Part shown: piece by piece, positions 50,040-59,481 of the stretch
Position numbering within the stretch: position 1 is the first letter of the stretch
How the letters are laid out: every line of letters starts with the position of its first letter
Assembly (NCBI GenBank): GCA_977862235.1
Contig: OZ374563.1
Coordinates: 248,001-312,000 of the forward strand
Length of the DNA stretch: 64,000 nt
Direction: 5' to 3'
From: Dudresnaya verticillata
Taxonomy: Eukaryota
Notes under the pieces: generated by a model
Told to the model about the DNA's origin: nothing
Database searches by the model: none
What the model saw: the letters and a program-made list of their open reading frames with translations, nothing else
Translations under genes and position numbers: made by a program

Positions 50040-51737
50040 TTACGTTTGCGGCTGGGTGCCGAACCGCTTCGCCAGTCCCATGAAGTAAGCGCTGATGTTA
50101 CGAATACGTCCCGGTTCGCTCGCTGAGAGTTCATCCAGAGCGGCGCACGCATCCTCCCTACGCATATTTCGCAGGGCCTCGATCGCCCTGGAGTCGAACG
50201 CAGATTCAGAGATGATGCCTTGTTCAGTCATTCGGCTAAACCGATCTCGCACTTCGTAATCCATAGCGTCGAGAGCTTCACGTACCTCTCGCGTTCGCGG
50301 TGACGGGTCAGAATGCTGTTGCGGGGGTGCGGCCCCATAGGTCGCCGGTATCGCGCCCGCTTGCACGCTGTATCCCGCCGCGGCGTACGCCGCCGCGGCA
50401 GGAGCCGGCGCATATGCGCCGCCATACGCGCCTGGTGCGGCGTATCCGCCGCCGCCGTACGCTCCAGGTGCGGCGTAGCCGCCGCCGTAACCGCCGCCGT
50501 ATGCGCTGCTGCCGCCGCCGCCGCCACCGCCGCCGCCGCCATAGCCGCCGTAGCTACTGCTACCGCGATTCGCAAGAGAACGCGCCTCACCGGTAGCAAA
50601 CTTCTTGCACAGCCCCATGACGTAGGCACTCATGTTTCTCACACGCGCCGGCTCGGGTAGCTCAGCCAGGACGGCAAGGGAATCATTCTCTGGTAAGCGA
50701 CGAAGAGCGTCCAAGGCACGGTCATCCAAGGCGCTCCTTGGTAACTGCCCCGACTGGGCGAGCTCTTCAAGGCGCTGATCCAACGTAGAGTAACCGCCAC
50801 CTCCGCCCATACCACGACCATAGGACGGATCATAAGCACCATAGCTCGAATCTGGCCCCATGCGGCCGCCAGGGGCGCGCGAGTGGCCCTTGTACTTACG
50901 AGCAAGTCCCATCCAGAAAGCGGAAGGGTTGCGCACACGTCCGGGCTCCATAGCGGCGAACTCGGATAGGGCGCGCACCGCGTCGGCCTCGGCGAGGTCG
51001 ACCAGGATGTCCATGGCGCGGTCGTCAAACTGACTCGGATGGCAGACACCCGACGAGAATACGCGCTGCAGCGCGTCACTGACGGCGGGTGGGAGATGGG
51101 CCAGGGCGGCGGCTGGGACGGAAGTGGGGGCATAGCCGCCCGGTGGCGGGGCTGGAGGGGCACTACCACCACTGGAGATGACGCGCTTGAAGATGCTCAT
51201 TATGAAGGCGGGCTTGTTGCGCACAGTAGAAAAGTCTCTGCGCTGAATATCCTCTAGGGCTGCCAGGGCAAGCGGGGTGGAAACACTGCCCAGAAAGTCC
51301 AGAGCGCGGCCGTCAATATCCTCACGGTCAAAGAGCCCCGAAGCGAAGATCTTGGCGAGAACGACATCGACCTCGGGGTCGAGCCCGGTGGGCTTGGCGA
51401 GCGCGGGCGGCGGGGGCGGTTCGTCGCGGCGGGCATCGTCAGGCGGGGCGGGCTTATCATCGCGGGCCTCACGGCGGGGCGGGCGGACCTCGTCCAGGCC
51501 GCCGGTGACGAGCGGGCCGCGCACGACGGGGTCTGCCGTGGCGGAGCCGTCGTTCGGCAGCGCGGGTTCAGGGTCTTCTGGCTCCTGGTTGTCCGCCGGC
51601 TGCGGGTCGGACGGGCGATCTGCGCCGTTCTGCTCTTGCGGGTCGGGGGCGGCGTCCTCCGAGAGCTTGCGGCGCTTGGCGGGGTGGTCCGCGGCGGCGG
51701 GGTCTGCCGCCGGGGCGGGGTCTGTAGCTTCTGTCAT
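50040..51737 (-). CDS. Protein with four hnRNP Q/R acidic-domain (AcD/NURR)-like repeats and Gly/Tyr/Ala-rich linkers
   Basis: Four copies of DxRAxxxL...AL.E.....(V/I)RN.(S/P)A(F/Y).M, matching SYNCRIP LDERA...VQNKSAFL. NLS-like PAKRRK. ATG at 51737. Confidence 0.8.
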   Translation of the reverse strand: MTEATDPAPAADPAAADHPAKRRKLSEDAAPDPQEQNGADRPSDPQPADNQEPEDPEPALPNDGSATADPVVRGPLVTGGLDEVRPPRREARDDKPAPPDDARRDEPPPPPALAKPTGLDPEVDVVLAKIFASGLFDREDIDGRALDFLGSVSTPLALAALEDIQRRDFSTVRNKPAFIMSIFKRVISSGGSAPPAPPPGGYAPTSVPAAALAHLPPAVSDALQRVFSSGVCHPSQFDDRAMDILVDLAEADAVRALSEFAAMEPGRVRNPSAFWMGLARKYKGHSRAPGGRMGPDSSYGAYDPSYGRGMGGGGGYSTLDQRLEELAQSGQLPRSALDDRALDALRRLPENDSLAVLAELPEPARVRNMSAYVMGLCKKFATGEARSLANRGSSSYGGYGGGGGGGGGGSSAYGGGYGGGYAAPGAYGGGGYAAPGAYGGAYAPAPAAAAYAAAGYSVQAGAIPATYGAAPPQQHSDPSPRTREVREALDAMDYEVRDRFSRMTEQGIISESAFDSRAIEALRNMRREDACAALDELSASEPGRIRNISAYFMGLAKRFGTQPQT

Positions 51738-52139
51738 TTTCGTGCGGGAGGGCGGGAGGAGAGGGGAGGGGCGAGAGCGCGGGGGGCGGGGGGGGGGGGA
51801 CGGGCGCGGAGACTGCGAAGACGGGAGGGGCGGAGGCGGTAGGTGTGTGTGCGTTGGGCGCGGTCTTGAGGGCGCGTCAGTCACTTGCCGTCGCGCCTCG
51901 AATTTGAAAATTGGCCAACGGTGCGGCGAAGGCGCCCGAAAGTCGCGGAAATTGCACTCCACGGCCGTCTTTTCGAAAGCCTTTTCGCCATCGCCGCGCA
52001 GTCCTGCGCGGCCACCGCCGCCTTTCGGCCTTTCGCTTCGCGCCATTCGCCGCGCGCTCACGCCGCCGCCGCCGCCGCCGCCGCTCCGCGCCCGCCGCCA
52101 CGCCCCGCATCCGGCCCCAGCTCGGCATCCGGCCCCAGC

Positions 52140-52191
52140 CCGCCTCGCCCCCCGCCTCGCCCCCCGCCTCGCCCCCCGCTTCGCCCCCCGC
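52140..52191. repeat. 12-bp GC-rich tandem repeat in the UTP11 leader / divergent promoter
   Basis: ccgcctcgcccc-type unit repeated ~4 times. Confidence 0.8.
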
Positions 52192-52231
52192 CCCGCTCCG
52201 CCCCCAGCCCGCTCCATCCCCACCGCCCGCC

Positions 52232-52963
52232 ATGTCCAGCTTCGGCAAAAACCTCATCCCGCGCCGCGCCCACAAGGAGCGCGCGCAGCCGGCGCACCGC
52301 GTCTCCAAGCATGGGCTGCTCGAGAAGAAGAAGGACTACAAGCAGCGAGCCGCCGACCGCAACCGCAAGCGCCTGCGCCTCAAGCTCCTCAAGGAGAAGG
52401 CCGCCTTTCGCAACCCCGACGAGTTCTACTATGCCATGCTCTCGTCCAACACCGCCTCGGGCCGCGTCCAGCCCACGCAGAACCGCAACGAGAAGGACCG
52501 CGTCGCCCTCGCCAATCGCGACGCCGAGCATCGGCTCCTCGCCCAGACACAGGATCAGGGCTACGTCTCTGTCAAGCACGCGCTGGAGCAGGGCACATTG
52601 GCCAAGCTCAGCAAGGGGCTGCACTTTGTCTCTGCCGCCACCGCCTCTGGAATGGGCCGGAGACGCGTCTTTGTGGACGACGAGGAGGAGATGGAGTGCG
52701 TTGCCGAGCGCGAGATGGAACGTGTCGACGATGCTCCGGTTGCGAGTAGAGCCCTTCGCAAGCGCCTGCGAAAGGCCCAGCAGCGTGCTTATAGAGAGCT
52801 TGAACAGCGTGTCAACAGGAGAGACAAGCTTTCCACAGTTTTGCACGACATGACCTCGGAGCGCGCGCTCCTCGCAAAGGGAAGGCGCTATATGGTCCGC
52901 CCGGCCGACAAGGCGTCCGGTGCACCAGCTGTTTTCAGATGGCATCAGGAACGCAAGCGATAG
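52232..52963 (+). CDS. UTP11: U3 snoRNA-associated protein 11 (SSU processome)
   Basis: Motifs HKERAQP, GLLEKKKDY, KAAFRNPDEFYYAM, TQDQGYV and terminal FRWHQERKR. Confidence 0.95.
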   Translation: MSSFGKNLIPRRAHKERAQPAHRVSKHGLLEKKKDYKQRAADRNRKRLRLKLLKEKAAFRNPDEFYYAMLSSNTASGRVQPTQNRNEKDRVALANRDAEHRLLAQTQDQGYVSVKHALEQGTLAKLSKGLHFVSAATASGMGRRRVFVDDEEEMECVAEREMERVDDAPVASRALRKRLRKAQQRAYRELEQRVNRRDKLSTVLHDMTSERALLAKGRRYMVRPADKASGAPAVFRWHQERKR

Positions 52964-53054
52964 CGCGTGCAGTCTTAGCACCCAGTTGCGGGTAAACACC
53001 GTTCTCTAACAACCGTTTTACTTCAGTGTCCAATATTGAGTCGCCGCCAGAGTG

Positions 53055-54851
53055 TTACAAGTTCCGATCCACCAACCCAAAGTGCAGCCGTGATTTGCGC
53101 CCGTCCGTCGTTCTTGTCCAGTCCACAGTGATCACCCCACCCACCCTTACGCCCAGCCCGTAGCTCACGCCGAGCGGGTCCCGTTCCTCAAAACTCGACA
53201 GCGCCATGTCGCCAAACAACACCCCGGTCAGCGCGGGAAGATTGTCAAACATCTTCGGCGTCACCAAATTCCCCGTGCTGCGCGTGCTAACTTCATTCAC
53301 GCCGGTCGCCTCTTTGCTCTTTGCTACAGCCCCTTCCTCTTCCTCCTCCTCACTGCTCTCCGCATTGCTCCCCTGGTCCTTGCCCGTCTTTGTCAGAGGC
53401 ACCCTCAGCTCTACACGCCCCGTGCCATACGACTTGTATCTGCCCAGCTCGCCATACGAATATCCCCGCACGTTCATCGGCCCACCGAGTGACTTTTGCT
53501 CATGCCACGGCAGATTATCCGACCCGACCCCGACCGTGGCGCCCACGGCCAGCGTCGCCTCCTTGGCCACCTTGAAGTACTTCGCTAAGCGCACTGACAT
53601 CTTACGAAACACCGGCGCGCCCAGCTGGCGCCCGACGACGCTCTCCAGCCTAGCGACATGGCCAAAGCTGGGCAGATCGACCGGGAGGCGGGTGACATGC
53701 GTGATGGAAGTCTGCAGCACGGTCTGCAAGAACGGGCGGGCGCTGGTGCGGTCCGGCGCAGCGGGCATGACACGCTCAACTGCTGGAGCGACCGCAAAGA
53801 GCAGGTTGCCAGTGCCGGGGCGGAAGCCGAGCTCGACCATGGCGCCATCTCTATCATTCTCGAACCTCAAGCCTTCGCCGCCAGTGCCACCGCCGACTCC
53901 GCCATCAATCGGGCGGGTCATGCGCAGGTCCTCGCCGGCGATGACCGGCATGACGCGGCGGATACGGCCGCGCGGAACACCGCGGCTGGCGTTGGAGTTG
54001 CGGTAGAGGCGCAGCTTGTACGACAGCGGCAGCGCGGCACCCACGCGCATGTCCTCGAAGACCAGGCCGCCAGAGGCGCGTGACGTCTCCAGACGCTTTT
54101 GCCACTCCAGCTGGACCCGTTGGGCGCGGCCCAGCAAGTTGTTGTCAACCAGGCTGAGGTCGCCGTAGACGCGGCCGTCCGAGGTGATACCCGCACCGGG
54201 CTCGATGCGGCAGGACTTGCGCTCGCGGACGCGCAGGGTGAGCTCTACGTGCTCCGTGGAGGTCTGCTTGACCTCTGCGTCGGCGTACTCGAAGACGGAG
54301 AGGGCCATGAGCTTCCCAAAGCCGTCCGCAGACCAGCGGAAGAGGTCTCCCTCCTTGACGCCAAGGGCGCGCATGACAGTGCCCGTGCGCGTGGTGAGCG
54401 GCGGGGCGTCGGGGATGACATGGCCTTCCTTGTCGACGGGGACGAGGCGGAATGCGGAGAGCGCGGGCTCGATGGCGAGCAGGATGAGGGTGTGCTCGAA
54501 GACGCCGGGGGTGCGGAGGGGGTGGAGGCGGGCGCACGGGTAGCCGTTGGCAGAGTACCAGGCGTTGCATGCGTCGACTGCGGCGGCAAGCTCCGCGGCC
54601 GTGACCTTGCGGTCCGCCAGCGGCGAGAAGGCGGCGTCGACGACGGCGTCCGGCAGCGCCTTGCGGTTGACGACCTGCACGTGCGACAGCAGCGCCTTGC
54701 GCGGGCGGAAGCGCCACGGGAGCGGCAGCGCGGCCGGCGCGGCGCGGCGGCGGCGATGCAGCGCGGCTGGCGGCGGCGGGTGCGACGGCGGCGGCGACGG
54801 CGACGGCGGCGCGGCGGCCGCGAAGAACGGCGGCGGCGCGAGGAAGGCCAT
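53055..54851 (-). CDS. Plastid outer-envelope Omp85/BamA-family beta-barrel (OEP80/Toc75-V-like)
   Basis: MAF transit peptide, POTRA-like region, DNNLLGRAQ, LGGPMNVRGY, SYGLGVR and C-terminal LHFGLVDRNL. Confidence 0.88.
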   Translation of the reverse strand: MAFLAPPPFFAAAAPPSPSPPPSHPPPPAALHRRRRAAPAALPLPWRFRPRKALLSHVQVVNRKALPDAVVDAAFSPLADRKVTAAELAAAVDACNAWYSANGYPCARLHPLRTPGVFEHTLILLAIEPALSAFRLVPVDKEGHVIPDAPPLTTRTGTVMRALGVKEGDLFRWSADGFGKLMALSVFEYADAEVKQTSTEHVELTLRVRERKSCRIEPGAGITSDGRVYGDLSLVDNNLLGRAQRVQLEWQKRLETSRASGGLVFEDMRVGAALPLSYKLRLYRNSNASRGVPRGRIRRVMPVIAGEDLRMTRPIDGGVGGGTGGEGLRFENDRDGAMVELGFRPGTGNLLFAVAPAVERVMPAAPDRTSARPFLQTVLQTSITHVTRLPVDLPSFGHVARLESVVGRQLGAPVFRKMSVRLAKYFKVAKEATLAVGATVGVGSDNLPWHEQKSLGGPMNVRGYSYGELGRYKSYGTGRVELRVPLTKTGKDQGSNAESSEEEEEEGAVAKSKEATGVNEVSTRSTGNLVTPKMFDNLPALTGVLFGDMALSSFEERDPLGVSYGLGVRVGGVITVDWTRTTDGRKSRLHFGLVDRNL

Positions 54852-55103
54852 CTCTGCGCAGGCGCCGGCGGTGGCGGTGGGGCGCGCGCGGCGCGGGATC
54901 GGCGCTCGGCGCGGCCTTATCGGCGGCGGATCACGCAGAGATCTCAGATGCGCCCCGCCTTAACCGAAAGCCTTATGTGGACGCGCCGTGCTGTGCCGCG
55001 AGCAACGCGCTGTGTGGCCGTCGTGAAAACCATAAAATGCTCCTTCGTCCCGTCCTCCCTCCGAGCTCCGAACGCCCGCCGCGCCCCCAACACGTCCGCA
55101 ACC

Positions 55104-55889
55104 ATGCTCCCCGCCTTCCTCCCGCCCACGCCGCTCTCTTCCCAGCCGTCCCGCGCCGCCCCACGCCCAACTCCGCGACGCCCGCGCCGCCCGCAACCAA
55201 CCGCGCAGCTCTCGCTCCCGTTCCCACCGCCGGACCTGTTCGCCTTCCCGTCCGTCGCCTTCCTCACCAGCCCAGCCGTGTCAGACTACCGCCCAGAGCT
55301 GCTGGGCTCCGTCCTCTGGACCGCCGCCCTCTACCTCGGCTACTCCCAACGCACCCGCTGGGGTTCTTTGGCCGCCTCCCGCCTCTCCGCTCTCCTCTCC
55401 TTAGCCCTCCCGCCAACCGTCGCGGAGCCGCTCTCCGTCTCCCTTCACACGGCCCCCTTCCTAGCCGCGGGCTTCTGCCTCGACTCAGCGCTGCGCCATG
55501 CTACAGCAGGCGAAGCCACCCTGGCAGTGGCGTCGGGCCTGTCCGCCTTCCTGTACGCCCTCATCTACGAGCTAGCCCGCCTGTCCTCACGCCGCTCCGC
55601 CGTCGACGCGTCCGAGCAGCGTCGATATGCCCTGTTCACCGACTTTGCCGAGCGCCGCCTGCGCCCACGCGGCATGTGCCACGTCTCGGACATCCAGAAC
55701 GCCGTGCGCAATGACCCACGCGCTGCCGCGCTCGGCTCCGCCACCGATGAAACCATCCGTCGCTTCGTCCGCTCCTCGTTCCCGCGCGCGCGCCGCTCCC
55801 CGAACGGCTTCTACCGCGGCCTCAGTCTCACGCAACGCGATTCCAATGCCACCAACCCCGCCGCAGACAGCGAACGCCGCACCCCCTAG
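55104..55889 (+). CDS. Putative plastid-targeted membrane protein with a basic C-terminal domain
   Basis: MLPAFLPP transit-like N-terminus, three hydrophobic helices (GSVLWTAALYLGYS; PFLAAG; LYALIYELAR) and GC3-biased codons. Confidence 0.7.
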   Translation: MLPAFLPPTPLSSQPSRAAPRPTPRRPRRPQPTAQLSLPFPPPDLFAFPSVAFLTSPAVSDYRPELLGSVLWTAALYLGYSQRTRWGSLAASRLSALLSLALPPTVAEPLSVSLHTAPFLAAGFCLDSALRHATAGEATLAVASGLSAFLYALIYELARLSSRRSAVDASEQRRYALFTDFAERRLRPRGMCHVSDIQNAVRNDPRAAALGSATDETIRRFVRSSFPRARRSPNGFYRGLSLTQRDSNATNPAADSERRTP

Positions 55890-56377
55890 ACATCGCGTGC
55901 TGTGAATCGCCGTATCGCCCCCGCTGAATCGGGCGCATTCGTATGCAGCGACGTAGCGTGGATTGCCTTGTTCTTGACCTTTTTCTGCGTGCGACAGGAG
56001 CGCAGACGCGCTTGCTACCGCACACTTGGTGAAGCTATATCCTGCTTGTGAGTCGTCCTTTCGGCTTCTCGGGTATCAGGCATACAATCACGTGAGAGCG
56101 TGTAATATGCCCGCGTGTCTAAGGGCATGGTATATGTTTCGTCTGTCGCACGGAAGAGTGATTGCGAATAGCGTGGAACAAAACAGGATACCTGGGTACG
56201 ACTAGTTGCCATCTTTTTACGGTCGTAGTGCTTCGCGCCCTTCCAAGACTAGGCAAGGTCACTCCTATGCCATTCATTGTCATTTATGTTATGTTTAGCA
56301 GTCTGTTGGTCTGGAAAGGCGCCGTAGGGCATGAATAAGGTTGTGGCCGGCTTGGCATATTGCTATGTCACCACTCC

Positions 56378-56815
56378 TTAGCGACCATCTTCGCCTTGGC
56401 TTTTCATCAGGTCGAGCAGAGCCTGGGCCCCTTGGAGGTCAGACATCTTTTCCCGCTCTACCAACTCGAACCCCTCGGGGCTCGTAAAGGCGATAATGAG
56501 GCCTCCCATCTCTCTCTCCTTGGATATCCAGATCTCAAACTGTTCTGGCAAGAACGCATTAAACTCTAATAATAAGTCGGGGTGGTCCCGAAACAGGTTG
56601 CAGATCTTGACTATAACTTGAGAGTGGGTAATCTCCAAACCTTTGAATTCCTTCATTATGGTGATGTACTTCCGGAACAAAGAACTACGCTTGCCGAACC
56701 GCGTCTCAATCTCGCTCAAGAACCTGTAACATCGCTCCAGCTGCGACGAATGAACACCTGTCAACTCTAGTTCATCTCCTCGCGACGCTCGGGGCCGAAA
56801 AATGCTAGGGTCCAT
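56378..56815 (-). CDS. Stand-alone paired amphipathic helix (PAH, Sin3-like) protein, 145 aa
   Basis: FLSEIETRF...YITIMKEFK...VIVKICNLFRDHPDLLLEFNAFLP matches the Sin3 PAH1 consensus. Confidence 0.8.
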   Translation of the reverse strand: MDPSIFRPRASRGDELELTGVHSSQLERCYRFLSEIETRFGKRSSLFRKYITIMKEFKGLEITHSQVIVKICNLFRDHPDLLLEFNAFLPEQFEIWISKEREMGGLIIAFTSPEGFELVEREKMSDLQGAQALLDLMKSQGEDGR

Positions 56816-58149
56816 GATTCGGAACGTCGTCTTCAAGCAGGAGGAGGCCAAGTTTCTTTTCCGTAAAGATGTTGTCAACCTGCTGTTTGCAATGCCAGAA
56901 CTGCATAGAACGTCGGGGGGGAAGATCTCACAACCTCACACTTGCACGTAATGGACAGCAGTTGCGTTGTGCTCACAGTTTTCTTTGTGCGATGCGCAGG
57001 GGTGTGGCGTGTTTCTCGACACAAAGAACCCGTCGCAGATATGAATAGTCAAACTGACCTGGACTCCCTTTCGCCTACTGATTTCCATTTGCAGAGTTGT
57101 AATGAATTGCCGACATTGGAATTTCTCCGGTCTCATGTCATTGAGTTTGACGCAGTTATTCTTGTCAAGTGAGTAGATGACTGCACAATGACCAGTGATG
57201 CATCAAAAATGCGGTCGAGGGAATCATCGACGCGAATCGGGTTGAATTTGCTTTACATCGTTGGCAACTTTCTTGACGAAACATGAATTACTGCTCGACA
57301 AAGACGCGTGGACGGTGGTGTCAATCCGTAGTTGGAGCAACAGACGCAATATGAATATCTGAAGAGGCAATGCGTAGTCTACAAATGACAACAATTGTGG
57401 ACACAAACGTAGAGTGTTCTGGATTTCCTTCGCTTCAAGTAGTAGATGTTGGGGCGCAAAGGGGATATACAAAATGATTCATCTCCGCTTGTGAAACAAA
57501 ACGAAAAATACCTCTGCGAGGACAGAGAGAAGGCGCGCGACAAGTCTTTCACACACGGACACCTTGAAAAGCGCAGGTGCTCGAGCACCTGCTCGACCCC
57601 ATTCTGAAATGGAGAAAGCTGCTCCTCCGAAGGGTAAGTCAAGGAGTTTCCAACTCGAGGTTTTCACGTGCCACGGGCTCTACCCAGGTTTATGGAGTTT
57701 TGGGAACAGGTCCATTAAAGATCGTAATAAGCTGCAATCTCGATAGGTGAACTGCCAAAACACTGGAGGGAGCACAGCCGCTTGATGAGGCAGCGACTTC
57801 CAATATCGGGTTTTGCTCTAGTCCATTATGTAGCTGGTTTGACTTCCATTCTATCGCAAAATCCCCCGTCTTTCTGTATTCGGCTTTAAACTGGGGGCTG
57901 TTGAGGAGCATAATGTGTTCATAACACACCGCTCTAAAGCTGCTAGCTCTATCATATTATATTATGTCAATGAATCTCTGCTTTGCCATCATACGGTATT
58001 GCTTCTGGCCTATTCTTAAACGTACCCACAGCGAGCTGACCCTTCTTCTGACCGGCTGTAATTGCAAAATATCGCTCCCCAAAACGTCGGAGGCTGTCCT
58101 CCTCATTATTGGGATCTATGTCTGTTGTAAAGAGCCTACATGGTTTGAT

Positions 58150-59481
58150 GCATTTATCGGCTGCAGAAGATCACGCGCCCCGCTGTTTCGCTGCTTACTC
58201 TTCTCAAAAACAACACATGCAGTTATAATAGACAGAAGGCAGAACACGCAAAGGAGTGAAGTGACTTACATGACTTAGATCAATAATCGAAAACTGTTAT
58301 TGGGAAAGAAGGAACACAATTGATTTGACTTGATCCAAGAGACTGGCGGAGAGTCCATCTCCTTGCTCGGCAGCTCGAAAGGCAACGTCATACCAGCTAG
58401 ATCGCATTCTCATCCTAGGGAAAATGCCCATGAACAGAACTACAGTATCCGGGCTTAGGTATCCTGGAGTGTCCGCAGATGTCAAGCTTTCTAGGCTCTG
58501 TCTAAGAAAGACGGAGTTGTTCAAGCCGCCAACCAAACTGAAGCGAAAAAACGAGAATTTTCCAACGGCATAGTCAGCAACATTCAGTCTCGGTGGCTCG
58601 TCTTGATCAACGAGTTGATCATAATCCAACCTCGGCATATATGAACGACAAAGATACACGGTTTCGTTGAAATTAAGCACAATCCAGAGGCTGCGGAAGG
58701 GAACATATCTACCCTCGAAGCGGTCCCAAGGCGGCTTGACGGTAATAACCGTAGCGGAAGCATTTAGCCTTGGGCCTGGAGGACTACGCGAAGGCCTTTG
58801 TCGTGCAGTCACAGTAATGTTGGCAGACTGAATTTCATTCCTCAAGTACACGGCGTCTCGAATCCTAAACGACACATTGCGCCCCATATAGCCTGGTTGC
58901 CAATCCGAAGCAGTTTGGTTCTGCGCGCTCTCAAGCTCAAAACGATATTGCTCCTTTCCAATTTCTGAACTCACAAGTCGAGGGCTTGCTTCTTTTCCAT
59001 CAAGGCAGACGATTTTCTTTTGCGATGCCGAGCCAAAACGCGCACGCGCATAGGTTATGATTCGGTCGCCTTTGTCTTCCATGCATTGTGTCCTGGTGGC
59101 CACAATATCTCGAATTGGAGCCCCATCCGCTGACCATTGTGTAGAATTTTCCCCTGTAACTCCGAAAATTCCTAAACCGTGATACTGGAAGCCTTCTTTT
59201 TCAGTGGCAACGGACTCGAACCTTGCATCAATTCCCAGTTCGGCATACAAGACCAGCGCGGAAATGACGACGGAAGCGATGAGAGCAAAGAGTCCACGAA
59301 TCCAATGCATGCCAAACCTTCCAGTAACCTTTATCCATCCCTTGTGGAGAAAATTAGCATAGAGATACCTCCTTACAATCGTTTCTGCCATAAACAGGAC
59401 GGAAACGAGAGCAATCGCCTCCAGAATAAAGGAATAAATCACATTTGTCTCACTGACACCAAGGTTCAGCTTAATTTCCAT
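58150..59481 (-). pseudogene. Unknown membrane protein (2 N-terminal TMs plus ectodomain), apparently truncated before a C-terminal TM
   Basis: Open from ATG 59481 to the stop at 58297. After the stop and a frameshift, the sequence encodes LLCVFCLLSIITACVVF. Confidence 0.45.

Noticed and set aside
49602..50083. Small ORFs between ADA2 and the NURR gene
   Set aside because: Short, without motifs, and located in the expected 3'UTR space.
51277..52999. Long overlapping ORFs (490, 322 and 313 aa) and N-terminal extensions of UTP11, the NURR protein, ADA2, p24 and the 596-aa ORF
   Set aside because: These are antisense shadows or GTG/TTG-start extensions caused by high GC. The genes are eukaryotic and begin at downstream ATGs.
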